From NCBI GenBank assembly GCA_963742225.1, contig CAVULD010000006.1:266841-330840 (forward strand): DNA of 64,000 nucleotides, written 5' to 3'. The notes below the pieces were generated by a model that ran no database searches, had not been told where the DNA came from, and worked only from the letters and a program-made list of their open reading frames with translations. Each line of letters begins with the position of its first letter. Within the stretch, counting starts at the first letter, position 1. Position numbers and translations under genes: made by a program. The stretch comes from an uncultured Chitinophagaceae bacterium. GTDB lineage: Bacteria; Bacteroidota; Bacteroidia; Chitinophagales; Chitinophagaceae. This document shows positions 1 to 9,579 of the stretch, piece after piece.

Positions 1-350
1 ATCCTGCCCCAGTGGTTTGTGCGTCCACCCAACATGCGGGCACGCCACCATTCCCATTTGGTATCTCCCTTTTGGGTATAGGGCTCCCCGTCGATTTCCC
101 ATCCCCAATAACAGCCATCGAAATCGCCGAAAGGTCGAAACTTTGTGCTGGCTCCCCGGCGAGGGGATTCCCAGGGATTTTTCAGCTGATTGGAATCGGT
201 CTTCGGGTCGAACATCGGCCCCGCCTCCAAGAGGCAGACTTTAAGCCCGGCATTGGCCAAGACATATGCGGCCATGCCTCCTCCCGCTCCCGAACCTACG
301 ATGACAGCATCGTATTTTTTGGTTTGCTTTTTAATCTGGATATCTCCCAT
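1..350 (-). CDS. GMC family oxidoreductase, N-terminal part (runs off left edge); not in ORF track
   Basis: Manual minus-strand translation from ATG at 350: MGDIQIKKQTKKYDAVIVGSGAGGGMAAYVLANAGLKVCLLEAG...ARMLGGRTNHWGR. FAD-binding GxGxxG and GMC-typical LGGxTxxW. Confidence 0.9.
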   Translation of the reverse strand, partial: MGDIQIKKQTKKYDAVIVGSGAGGGMAAYVLANAGLKVCLLEAGPMFDPKTDSNQLKNPWESPRRGASTKFRPFGDFDGCYWGWEIDGEPYTQKGDTKWEWWRARMLGGRTNHWGR

Positions 351-763
351 GTGAACAAAATAAAATTAGCGTGGATTCAATCGTTAAATTTACTGGTTTT
401 GCATTGGCCTGGGCAAATATTTTTCGTGAGCAGGGGAATGGGGCTGAAGAGCGTGCCAACGGATTGCGTAGTTGTTCTAGCGCAAACAAAGGCCTGCCCG
501 CAGGGGTGGGAACCAAGTCCGTTTTAGCCAATACCTAGATATTTAACAGACCCATCCTGCCCATCAACTTGGACGGAAGGTTCTTAGCAAACAAAGTCTT
601 CCATTAAGTACATCAAAATCGATATTTTGCGACGGTTTACGGCGATGCGTCAGCGATTGACGAGGTTCTTAAGCCACCTGCCCGGGAAATTATGGCCGTA
701 CGGCCAACAGTTGGCAGCCATATGGCCAGTTTTTTTTTGCACGTGAATTCTTCGCTTCTTGAT

Positions 764-1600
764 ATGAACAGGATAAGACCTTTTTGCGCGCTGTGTTTAT
801 TCCTCCTATGCGTAACGCCTGGGCTTCGTGCGCAAGGAGGCGCATCGCTGGACAGCAGCGGATATCCAAGCAGATCCGATTATTATACGTCATTTGACGG
901 CACGAAAATTTATTATCAGCTCCTGGGCGAAGGGGAGCCTGTGTTGCTCATTCATGGATTCATTGTGGACGGATCATCTTGGAAAAAAACTGCGCTATAT
1001 GGGAATTTGCAAAAGGCAGGTTTTGAGTTGATCGTGCCCGACCTGCGAGGCAATGGGAAGTCGGATAAGCCTCATAATCCCGAAGCATATGCGCATGATG
1101 CGGAGGCCAAAGATCTGATGGGCTTACTCAGGAAGCTGGGGGTTAAACACTACCGCCTTGTGGGTTATTCGCGAGGCTCCATCATTGCGGCCAGACTCCT
1201 TGTCCTGGATCGACGGGTCCAGCAGGCTGTTCTGGGTGGCATGGGCTCGGATTTCACGAACCCCGAATGGCCACGCCGGATCATGTTCTATAAAGCTTTA
1301 TCGGGGGATTCCGTGGCTGAATTGGCACCCATGATCAAGCGAATTAAAGAAGCAGGCCTGGACCAGCAGGCTCTCGCATGTATGCAACAGGAACAGCCAA
1401 GCACTTCCAAGATGGAATTAGCTGCAGTGCGCAGGCCCGTACTGGTGGTATGCGGGGACAAGGACTCTGATAATGGATCCTCCGAGGAGCTCGTTCAATT
1501 GATTCCTGGCGCTAGGCATGCAACGGTCCCTGGAGATCATGGCAGTGCCTCTCGTTCACAGGAGTTTTCAGCCGCGGTGATTTCCTTTTTTCGCAAATAG
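764..1600 (+). CDS. Secreted alpha/beta fold hydrolase
   Basis: LIHGF oxyanion motif, PDLRGNG, GYSRG nucleophile elbow, PGDH; signal-peptide-like N-terminus from ATG 764 (ORF track starts at 692). Confidence 0.85.
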   Translation: MNRIRPFCALCLFLLCVTPGLRAQGGASLDSSGYPSRSDYYTSFDGTKIYYQLLGEGEPVLLIHGFIVDGSSWKKTALYGNLQKAGFELIVPDLRGNGKSDKPHNPEAYAHDAEAKDLMGLLRKLGVKHYRLVGYSRGSIIAARLLVLDRRVQQAVLGGMGSDFTNPEWPRRIMFYKALSGDSVAELAPMIKRIKEAGLDQQALACMQQEQPSTSKMELAAVRRPVLVVCGDKDSDNGSSEELVQLIPGARHATVPGDHGSASRSQEFSAAVISFFRK

Positions 1601-1667
1601 GTTGGCTTGGCCGAGTGGAATCCATCAGCCGGAAAGTTCGGGAAAGTACCGACCGCCGTGGCAAAAT

Positions 1668-3695
1668 TCATTCGTAATCGTCTTCGGCGGCATCTTCTTC
1701 CTCCTCTTCCAAGTTTTGGTCCGGGTCCGCACTATGGGGAAGAGATTCTTCTTCCACCGTGTTGACAAAGTCGAAGAACCAGCCTTTATTTGCCATCAAC
1801 TCAGCCGGGGTTCCCTCTTCCAATACCTCGCCTTCAGATAGTACGATGACGTGGTCTGCATCCTTAACCATGGAATAGCGGTGGGCAATAATGAGCACGG
1901 TATTTTTGATCCTAATCGTATCTACCGTCTTTTTGACTTCTGCTTCCGTGGCATAATCCAGATTAGCCGTAGCTTCATCCAAGATCAAAATGCGGGGTTT
2001 GGCCACAAGTACCCGCGCAATCTGCAACCGTTGGCGTTCGCCTACCGAAAGTCCGATCCCATTTTCGCCCACGATTGTTTGCAGTCCATCCGGCAGCCGT
2101 TGTAGAGTAGTTGCCAAGCCGGCGGAAAGCGCTGCCTGATTGACTTCTTCGTCCGTGGCGCTAGGTCTCTTGTATCGAATATTGTCTGCCAGTGTACCCC
2201 CAAACAACGCGCCGTCCGTGGCTACCAGACCAATTTGACTTCGCACGGAACCTGCATCCAATGTGGCCAGGTTTTGACCGTCAATGAGAATTTCGCCGCT
2301 TGAGGGCTCGAATAGCTTGAGCAAAAGATCCACCGCTGTGGTCTTTCCTGCACCGGATGCTCCCACCAAGGCGGTTGCCCTTCCGGGCTCGACCACAAAG
2401 GAGACTCCCTTGAGGGCTTCCCGTTGTTGGGTATAGCTGAAATGGACCTGCTTAAATTCAATTTTGCCGTCCTTGATCTGTAGCCGCTTGCCTGATTTTT
2501 GCTCCTCACCGTGGTCGAGCAGCGTAAAGGCCCGAGCCATCGAGGCGATGTTTTGCTGCAAATTCACCCAGAGGCTAGCCAGTGCATCAATAGGGCTATA
2601 GAGCCTATCCAGGTAGGTAACGAACATGACCACGTCCCCTGGGGTTAGTTTGTTTTGTAATGTGAGAAAGCCACCATATCCTAGGACCAGTGCCGTGGAC
2701 AGATGGGTTAGCGTGGTCTCCCAGAAGACATATTTGTTGGCTCGCCTGCCCCGGTCCACATAATCCTTGTACGCTTCGTCAGAGATCAATTGCAATTGGT
2801 CGACTTCTCTAGATTCTGCGCCCGACAGCTTTACGGTCTTTATCCCACTGAGTGCATCCTGGATGCGTGAACTAACCTCCTCCCAACGTTCATAATATTT
2901 AGATAGGCCTGTTTCCAATTTTTTGGCCGATCGCCAAGCGATAAGTAAATAGAAGGGGATAATAATTAGTGCGATGGAAGTCAGGGCTACATTTTCATAG
3001 AACATGATGGCCAGGATCCCCAGCAGGCTGATGAGTTCAGGCAGTATTTGCTGGGAAAACCCATTGACCACGGTGGACACTTCTTCCGATTGGTCGATTT
3101 GTTTGGCAATGGCCGCCGTAGGCCGTTTGCCGAAAAACCGCAAGGGCAGGTTGATGACGTGGGCGAAGGTGCCTTGAATAAATCGCTGCTCTATGAGGCA
3201 GGATAACTTGATGTTCTTATTTTCTCCAACTCGCCATAGCAGGGTGCTTATCAGGTTGATCAGGAAAAGCAAAACGACCGCCCAAAGTAGGGTATCGAGA
3301 GCCTGCTCGGGAGACCGTTCGGCGACGTGATCCGTACGGTGCTGCTCTTTCACTTTTTTCTTCGCCAGCTTCCTTGCCACACGCGGACTCGCTTTATGCG
3401 TCGTCTTTTTCAGGCCTATGGTATCGCTTACCGAGGAATTGTTCGATTTTTCAATAACCTGCGATGGGCTTTCTTCCTCCGGGAGAATGCCGAATTCCTT
3501 TTTGGTTTCTTCCTTTGCCTGACCTACAAATAACCCGGCCACATCATTGATAGCCTCCCGGTAAATCAGCGGCTCAACCAGACTGGCTCCCGTTCCCAGC
3601 AGACTCAGCAAGACTACCCAGAAGAGTTTCTTTTTGTAAGGCAGGATAAGTTCAAAGATGTTTTTCCAGACGTCTTTTTTTATGTTTTTATTCAT
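1668..3695 (-). CDS. ABC exporter, fused permease + ATP-binding domain
   Basis: TM domain followed by Walker A GASGAGKTT, signature LSVGERQR, Walker B ILILDEAT and H-loop IIAHR. Start at 3695 (MNKNIKK) is supported by a TAATTTTG box just upstream. Confidence 0.92.
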   Translation of the reverse strand: MNKNIKKDVWKNIFELILPYKKKLFWVVLLSLLGTGASLVEPLIYREAINDVAGLFVGQAKEETKKEFGILPEEESPSQVIEKSNNSSVSDTIGLKKTTHKASPRVARKLAKKKVKEQHRTDHVAERSPEQALDTLLWAVVLLFLINLISTLLWRVGENKNIKLSCLIEQRFIQGTFAHVINLPLRFFGKRPTAAIAKQIDQSEEVSTVVNGFSQQILPELISLLGILAIMFYENVALTSIALIIIPFYLLIAWRSAKKLETGLSKYYERWEEVSSRIQDALSGIKTVKLSGAESREVDQLQLISDEAYKDYVDRGRRANKYVFWETTLTHLSTALVLGYGGFLTLQNKLTPGDVVMFVTYLDRLYSPIDALASLWVNLQQNIASMARAFTLLDHGEEQKSGKRLQIKDGKIEFKQVHFSYTQQREALKGVSFVVEPGRATALVGASGAGKTTAVDLLLKLFEPSSGEILIDGQNLATLDAGSVRSQIGLVATDGALFGGTLADNIRYKRPSATDEEVNQAALSAGLATTLQRLPDGLQTIVGENGIGLSVGERQRLQIARVLVAKPRILILDEATANLDYATEAEVKKTVDTIRIKNTVLIIAHRYSMVKDADHVIVLSEGEVLEEGTPAELMANKGWFFDFVNTVEEESLPHSADPDQNLEEEEEDAAEDDYE

Positions 3696-3704
3696 GGTCA
3701 TCGG

Positions 3705-3712
3705 CAAAATTA
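3705..3712 (-). promoter_or_regulatory. Bacteroidota sigma-A -7 element (TAATTTTG) for ABC exporter
   Basis: Exact TAnnTTTG match about 10 nt upstream of ATG 3695. Confidence 0.55.
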
Positions 3713-3841
3713 GTAGGGTGCGGGTCATTTTGGTACCCGCCATGAAATTAGCGATTCTTTAAAATTAGCCCGGGGCCAAATTCTGCGACTTGGGTTTGGG
3801 GAGGTGGAGGTCTTCAATGCCTGGCCTCGGAAGGACCTTCT

Positions 3842-4369
3842 CTAAACGGGGTCAATGCCAACTTGCTTCGACAACACGACAAATTCCAAGGGCAGCTTAG
3901 GAACCCCAAAAGTGGGATCCCTTGGGAAGGGTTTTTTTTCTCCGGTTTTTAGGTAGCCCTGACGCTTGTACCAAGCAATGAGTTCCGATCGCAAGGAGAT
4001 AACTGTCATGTGGATTGTGGCGAAATGATTTTTTTGCGCGTGCTGGGTGGCTGCATGCAATAGCTGCTTCCCAATTCCGAGATTCTGCTGGCTAGGGCTC
4101 ACCGAGAGCATGCCCAGGTATAAGGAATGCGCTTGACCCCGCAGGTATACACAACCCACCAGGGTACCGCTTGCATCCAGGCACTTCAGCATGCAGGCGC
4201 CTGGTAGGCCTATTTCATGGCTTAATGTGGGCACGTCGGTTCTTAGTGCACCTTCAATTAGATCGGCTTCGGTAGTCCAACCCTCTCGGGATTTTTCTCC
4301 TCGATATGCGCTGTTCACCAAATCTACCAAGGCTGGTATATCTTCCGGTGTGGCAGGAACGATGGTCAT
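3842..4369 (-). CDS. GNAT family N-acetyltransferase
   Basis: Motif A LGMLSVSPSQQNLGIGKQLL; AWYKRQGY. Confidence 0.88.
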   Translation of the reverse strand: MTIVPATPEDIPALVDLVNSAYRGEKSREGWTTEADLIEGALRTDVPTLSHEIGLPGACMLKCLDASGTLVGCVYLRGQAHSLYLGMLSVSPSQQNLGIGKQLLHAATQHAQKNHFATIHMTVISLRSELIAWYKRQGYLKTGEKKPFPRDPTFGVPKLPLEFVVLSKQVGIDPV

Positions 4370-4383
4370 GTTGGGTTTGTGGG

Positions 4384-4391
4384 CAAATATA
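4384..4391 (-). promoter_or_regulatory. -7 element TATATTTG for GNAT gene
   Basis: Exact TAnnTTTG match 14 nt upstream of start. Confidence 0.55.
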
Positions 4392-4524
4392 TTGCTTCAG
4401 ATCGAGTTGAAAGCGGAGTTATGCCTGGCCGAGTAGGCCCAAGCAAAGTTCCTCGAAGGTGGGTTCTTGCCCCAAGCTTTGCCACCGGCAGCAGCCGATA
4501 CAACTGGCTTTGCCAAGAGCTCAG

Positions 4525-4532
4525 TATCTTTG
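4525..4532 (+). promoter_or_regulatory. -7 element TATCTTTG for thiolase
   Basis: Exact TAnnTTTG match 22 nt upstream of ATG 4555. Confidence 0.55.
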
Positions 4533-4554
4533 AGCCCTGAGGTAAATTAATATT

Positions 4555-5742
4555 ATGCGTACGAATGAGGTAGTCATTGTATCCGCTGTCCGCACACCTA
4601 TAGGGAGCTTTGGCGGAGCACTCAAAGATTTTTCGGCCACCCGCCTGGGCGCGATCGCGATAAAAGGGGCCCTGGACAAAGTGGGTATGGATCCTTCTCT
4701 AGTCCAAGAGGTGCTGATGGGTTGCGTGCTGCAAGCCAGCCTCGGCCAGGCCCCCGCCAGACAGGCCGCTAAGTTGGCGGGTTTGCCCAACGAGGTTATC
4801 TGCACCACAGTCAATAAAGTTTGTGCCAGTGGGATGAAGGCGATCAGCCAGGCTGCGCAGGCTATACTGCTTGGGGATAATGACATTGCGGTCGCTGGCG
4901 GCATGGAATCCATGAGCAATGTGCCATATTACGTGGACCAAATGCGATGGGGTAACAAATACGGGCATACCCAAATGACCGATGGTCTGGCCAAGGATGG
5001 CTTGACTGACGCCTATGATGGGAAAGCGATGGGACTAGCAGCTGAGCTCTGTGCGCGCACTTGCGGAATCAGCCGGGAAGCTCAAGATGAATTTGCGATT
5101 CGGAGCTATCAGCGTTCCCAGGCCGCCTGGAAACAGGGCTGGTTTGCTAAGGAAACGCTGATGGTGGATATTCCCCAGCGCAAAGGCGATTCGATTAAAA
5201 TAACGCAGGATGAGGAACCCTTTAATGTGAAATTTGATAAGATCGCCGGATTGAAACCCGCTTTTGAAAAGGAGGGTACGGTGACGGCAGCAAATGCGAG
5301 TACTATGAACGATGGGGCCGCTGCGCTCGTGTTGATGAGCGCAGAAAAGGCCTCGGAACTGGGTCTTAAACCTATCGCCCGGATATTGTCCTTCGCCGAT
5401 GCGGAGCAGTCACCTGAATGGTTCACCACGACGCCATCGCTGGCCGTACCCAAGGCAGTCGCAAAATCCGGCCTCAGGATGCAGGATATTTCCTATTGGG
5501 AGCTAAATGAAGCGTTCGCGGTGGTGGGCATCGAAAACACCAAGCGTATGCATCTTGACCCCGATACCGTTAACGTCTTCGGCGGGGCTGTGTCTATCGG
5601 TCACCCCTTGGGATGCAGTGGTGCCAGAATCGTGGTGACCCTGATCAATGTGCTTCGGACCAACAAGGCACGTTATGGTGCGGCGGGTATTTGCAACGGG
5701 GGCGGGGGCGCTTCTGCCATGGTAATCGAGTCCTTGCTCTGA
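4555..5742 (+). CDS. Acetyl-CoA C-acyltransferase (thiolase)
   Basis: NKVCASG (catalytic Cys), NEAFA, GHPLGCSG, GICNGGGG. Confidence 0.95.
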   Translation: MRTNEVVIVSAVRTPIGSFGGALKDFSATRLGAIAIKGALDKVGMDPSLVQEVLMGCVLQASLGQAPARQAAKLAGLPNEVICTTVNKVCASGMKAISQAAQAILLGDNDIAVAGGMESMSNVPYYVDQMRWGNKYGHTQMTDGLAKDGLTDAYDGKAMGLAAELCARTCGISREAQDEFAIRSYQRSQAAWKQGWFAKETLMVDIPQRKGDSIKITQDEEPFNVKFDKIAGLKPAFEKEGTVTAANASTMNDGAAALVLMSAEKASELGLKPIARILSFADAEQSPEWFTTTPSLAVPKAVAKSGLRMQDISYWELNEAFAVVGIENTKRMHLDPDTVNVFGGAVSIGHPLGCSGARIVVTLINVLRTNKARYGAAGICNGGGGASAMVIESLL

Positions 5743-5755
5743 AACCATTGGGATA

Positions 5756-6334
5756 TTAGTAGACAAAAGGAATAAATTTTCGGACCTTTTTTCTATATTC
5801 CTCATATTGGGGGAAACGGCTGCGCATAAATTCCTCTTCCTTACCTGCCTTGATGCTCATCGCCAACAAAAGCAATACCCAGCCGATCAATCCCCGTATC
5901 TCCCCAAGGACGATCACCGCTCCCGCATGGCCGAAAAGAAAACCGGTATAGATGGGGTGGCGCGTGATCGAGTAGGGCCCCGATTGAATGAGTTCATGAT
6001 CCTGTTTTAAGGTAACCGTGGCACTCCAATTGCCCCCCAGTTTTATCCGGGCAAAAACGGCGAACAGAATACCCGCCGCATTTACCAAGAGTCCAATGGA
6101 GGATACCAGTGGCGTGGATGGCAAAAAACGCAGGCCCAAAAACCCGACTGTAAGGCCGTGATAATATACCAAACCAAAACTGCAAAACACCAGACTGAGG
6201 TAGAGGATTCTGGATGAAAGCTTCTCCTTTCGAACCGTAATTTTAGTGTTCCTTCCGGTGTAAAACCAAACGAACAGCAGCAGGATCCAGCTGTAGGAGG
6301 TCCACTGTAGGAAATTAATGGTTGTCGTATTCAT
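5756..6334 (-). CDS. Isoprenylcysteine carboxylmethyltransferase (ICMT)-family membrane methyltransferase
   Basis: Multi-TM protein with HELIQSGPYSITRHPIYTG and EEEFMRSRFPQYEEYRKKVRKFIP. Start moved to 6334 to avoid overlap with the AraC gene. Confidence 0.85.
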   Translation of the reverse strand: MNTTTINFLQWTSYSWILLLFVWFYTGRNTKITVRKEKLSSRILYLSLVFCSFGLVYYHGLTVGFLGLRFLPSTPLVSSIGLLVNAAGILFAVFARIKLGGNWSATVTLKQDHELIQSGPYSITRHPIYTGFLFGHAGAVIVLGEIRGLIGWVLLLLAMSIKAGKEEEFMRSRFPQYEEYRKKVRKFIPFVY

Positions 6335-6351
6335 AATCGAACCCGTTGGTT

Positions 6352-6372
6352 GAGCACCAAAATTAGGTGCTC
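6352..6372 (-). promoter_or_regulatory. -7 box TAATTTTG (6358-6365) embedded in a perfect 7-bp inverted repeat GAGCACC/GGTGCTC
   Basis: Read directly from sequence; the box lies 23 nt upstream of the ICMT-family start. Confidence 0.5.
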
Positions 6373-6395
6373 TTCTGAGTCCATTCATAGGACAT

Positions 6396-7277
6396 TTACC
6401 AACCTTTGTTGTACTTTTTCTGCATGGCAAGCCGAAACTGAAGCGGGGTGCTCTGGGTCCACCTTCTGAAAAACCGGTTAAAATAGGCGGGATCTTCGAA
6501 ACCCGTTTGGTAGCTAATTTCCTTAACGGAGTCGAGGGAATAAAGTAGCAAGCGTTTAGCTTCCAATAATCTTTTTTCCTGTATTAGTTCGGAGGCACTT
6601 TTGCCCGTTTGTTTCTTGGTCAGTTGATTCAACTTGCCCGCACCCAGATAAAGCGCTTGTTCACAGCTGTCCACGGTAAGCGGCCTGTTCCATTGGGAAT
6701 CGACCAGGTCCTTGAATTTTTTCAGCATCTTGGTTTCTTCCGGCTTCGCAGGCTCCGGCAGTCTTTCCTGCTGTTGGTAAACTCGGCTTAGGAAAAACAG
6801 CAGCGTCGAGAGGCTCGACTTCAGGATGTCACCAGAAAAAGCTTCGTGGTTTTGGTATTCGGCGAGCATCCCTTTTAAGTGCTGGCCGATCAATCGGGCT
6901 TGCCCCCTGTCCAGAGCGAGTTTATGGATTTGCTTTGGGTTTTGAAGGATGGGCAAGGGGTCCTCCGACGGCGAAAATAGTTCGTGTTTGCAGGCTGCAC
7001 CAATTCCGGCAATCAGGTTTGCCCCTTCAACTAAATGCACTTGATGCGGCGCCAAGAAGAAAAGTTCACCTGCCCGGGTGGTGATCCGTTGAAAATCGAT
7101 GCTGTGCTTTAAATATCCCGAAGTAACTAAAAAGAACGAAAAGAAATCCCTGCGATGAGGCACCAGGTACTTTGTCTGGTCGTATTGCTCGTATTTACCC
7201 TGTACGATTTCATGAACGCGGATAAGCTCTTGGTCGAAGGCATAGGTGACAATGCGTGGCTTATTTTTTGGCTTCAT
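6396..7277 (-). CDS. AraC family transcriptional regulator
   Basis: N-terminal cupin-like PHRRDFF; C-terminal HTH SVKEISYQTGFEDPAYFNRFFRR...TPLQFR. Confidence 0.92.
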   Translation of the reverse strand: MKPKNKPRIVTYAFDQELIRVHEIVQGKYEQYDQTKYLVPHRRDFFSFFLVTSGYLKHSIDFQRITTRAGELFFLAPHQVHLVEGANLIAGIGAACKHELFSPSEDPLPILQNPKQIHKLALDRGQARLIGQHLKGMLAEYQNHEAFSGDILKSSLSTLLFFLSRVYQQQERLPEPAKPEETKMLKKFKDLVDSQWNRPLTVDSCEQALYLGAGKLNQLTKKQTGKSASELIQEKRLLEAKRLLLYSLDSVKEISYQTGFEDPAYFNRFFRRWTQSTPLQFRLAMQKKYNKGW

Positions 7278-7315
7278 CTGTTCAGAGGCCGGCGCAATCC
7301 GGCCGTAGGATTAGG

Positions 7316-8428
7316 TTACAGGCCATCCAAAAACTGGGCATGGATATAGTCCACTACACTGGCTAAATTGCCCGTTTGTTCAAAGACGTGTAATTGCCGG
7401 TCTGCGCCGGTACCATGCTCGAATATTTTTTCTACAATCGACACAGCCTGTCGGCTCCCAAGAGGATCAACCACATCATCGATGAAATCGAGGAGTTCAT
7501 AAATCAATACGCGGGTATTGACTTCTTCTTCCTTTCCAAAATCGATCAACCGCCCGTCGATCCCATAGCGGCTGGCGCGCCATTTATTTTCGTTGATCAG
7601 CGCGCGCTGGTACATCATGAAATTCAGGTTTTGTGACCGAAGTTTGTAAATCTTTGCGCATATGCCTTGGAATAAGGCGGCAATGCATATCGTTTCCTCT
7701 ACTGTTAGCGTCACGTCGCAGATGCGAAACTCGACTGTATTGAAGAAAGGATGAACCCGCAAATCCCACCAAATTTTCTTGGCGTTATCTATGCAATTGG
7801 TTTTAACCAAGAGTTTGACAAAATTTTCATAGGCTTCAATGCTTTCAAAGTATTCTGGTATTCCGGTCCGGGGAAATTTATCAAATACCTTGGTGCGAAA
7901 TGACTTGTATCCTGTTTTTCTGCCTTCCCAAAATGGGGAGTTGGTACTCAGCGCATAGATATGGGGAAGAAAATACCGGGTGGAATTGGCGATGTGGTTG
8001 GCCATGGACCGGCTTTCCATGCCGACATGGACGTGCAGACCAAAGATCAGGTTGCTGCGTGCGGCCTCCTGCAGTTCATTGACAATTTCATTGTACCGAA
8101 CATGGTCGGTAATCAATTGGCTTTCCCAATGGCTGAATGGGTGCGTCCCCGCCGCGCCGACCCACAGGCCCAGGTCCTCGGCAATCTGCGAGATTGTGCG
8201 CCGAAGAACGGACACGTCGTTGAAGGCTTCTTCGATATTTTGACAAATGTCGGTGCCCACTTCCACCACAGCCTGATGCATTTCCGCCTTCACTTTGTCT
8301 TTGATGATCTTTTGTCCTTCGGTTACAATTTTCTGTTGGTGGCTTTTCAATTCTCGGGTATGGGGGTCCATCACCATATATTCTTCTTCAATACCCAGCG
8401 TGAAGTTCTTGTAATTGATGTTTGCCAT
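7316..8428 (-). CDS. Carboxylate-amine ligase (GCS2/YbdK glutamate-cysteine ligase-like)
   Basis: TLGIEEEY, FGLHVHVG, NSPFWEG, WWDLRVHPFFNTVEFRICD. Confidence 0.92.
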   Translation of the reverse strand: MANINYKNFTLGIEEEYMVMDPHTRELKSHQQKIVTEGQKIIKDKVKAEMHQAVVEVGTDICQNIEEAFNDVSVLRRTISQIAEDLGLWVGAAGTHPFSHWESQLITDHVRYNEIVNELQEAARSNLIFGLHVHVGMESRSMANHIANSTRYFLPHIYALSTNSPFWEGRKTGYKSFRTKVFDKFPRTGIPEYFESIEAYENFVKLLVKTNCIDNAKKIWWDLRVHPFFNTVEFRICDVTLTVEETICIAALFQGICAKIYKLRSQNLNFMMYQRALINENKWRASRYGIDGRLIDFGKEEEVNTRVLIYELLDFIDDVVDPLGSRQAVSIVEKIFEHGTGADRQLHVFEQTGNLASVVDYIHAQFLDGL

Positions 8429-8510
8429 ATCGCCCGCTATTCCCTGCAGGGAATCGATTTAGTAAGGTGAACAATTAATGATTGGCGGTTTTCAGGGTAC
8501 GGGCTAACTA

Positions 8511-9467
8511 TTAGGAAACTAAGACGTGTTTGCTTGCCCCTCGTTTAATGTATTCGCCCCAGGTGAGGTTATCTAGGCCATCTTGCTGAATGAGGGCTCT
8601 TTCAATAGCGTAATTGGCAGCAGTTTCGACCACCCAGGCAAAATTGTCTTCGCCGACACTGGTTTTTTCGGCGTCTGGCGCCGGGTTACAAAAATCTATG
8701 GCGAAAGGGATTCCGTCTCGAATGGCCAGCTCCACCGTGTTAAAGTCATATCCTAAATAATGGTTGATGCGAAGCACAATCTGCTCCATCAATTGCAATC
8801 TTTCCGAAGAGGGGCTGAAGTCGCTGGCATAGCGCAAATGATGGGGGTTTCTTGGCTCATAGGGCATAATGCGGACGTATTTGCCGCCGATGCAGTAGCA
8901 TCGATAATATTCGTCGAATACGATCTCTTCTTGCAGCAGCATAACCAATTCTCCCGTTTCGCTGTGTTTCTGATAGAATTCCTCGGCACTGCGGAGTTTA
9001 TAGACATTCTTCCAGCCCCCGCCCGAAAACGGCTTCATGTAGGCAGGAAAGCCGATGTATTTGAAGATGCCCTCCCAGTCCAGGGGAAAGGCCAGATTGG
9101 AAAAGGATTGGTCGCTCGTTTCTGCCGGAAGTTCGCGCGAAGGCAGGATTACCGTCTTGGGAACGGGTACTCCAATTTTAGTAGCCAGGCAGTTGTTAAA
9201 AAATTTCTCATCCGCGCTCCACCAGAAAGGATTGTTGATGACGGCGGTTCCGCAGAGCGCTGCATTTTTGAGAAATGCCCGGTAAAAGGGAACGTCCTGG
9301 GAAATGCGGTCGATGATCACCGCGTATCCGCTAGCTTCTCCCTGGACCACTTTGTCAATGCGGACTGGCTCAGCCATGATTCCCTGAATGTTCCTGCTGT
9401 TGATGTTTTCGATAAAGGCCATCGGGAAACTTCTTTCCTTTCCGAAAAGGACGCCAATCTTTTTCAT
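8511..9467 (-). CDS. ATP-grasp domain protein (RimK/glutathione-synthetase-like)
   Basis: GVPVPKT, FPAYMKPFSGGGWKNV, LLQEEI, FNTVELAIRDG, IDFCNP. Confidence 0.85.
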   Translation of the reverse strand: MKKIGVLFGKERSFPMAFIENINSRNIQGIMAEPVRIDKVVQGEASGYAVIIDRISQDVPFYRAFLKNAALCGTAVINNPFWWSADEKFFNNCLATKIGVPVPKTVILPSRELPAETSDQSFSNLAFPLDWEGIFKYIGFPAYMKPFSGGGWKNVYKLRSAEEFYQKHSETGELVMLLQEEIVFDEYYRCYCIGGKYVRIMPYEPRNPHHLRYASDFSPSSERLQLMEQIVLRINHYLGYDFNTVELAIRDGIPFAIDFCNPAPDAEKTSVGEDNFAWVVETAANYAIERALIQQDGLDNLTWGEYIKRGASKHVLVS

Positions 9468-9579
9468 GAGTTAATTTTTTGAATGATGCTTAAATATACG
9501 AATTGCCAACGGATAACCTATTGGTTTGTGGACCGGCTTTACGAGATCCTTTCCCCGTGGCGGCCTGAAAGTACTGCGT

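Noticed and set aside
12-527. 171-aa plus-strand ORF
   Set aside because: Antisense shadow of the GMC oxidoreductase plus intergenic DNA; no motifs.
8760-9482. 240-aa ORF antisense to the ATP-grasp gene (likewise 31759-32466, 43547-44149, 36553-37143, 57320-57910)
   Set aside because: Shadow ORFs opposite well-supported genes.
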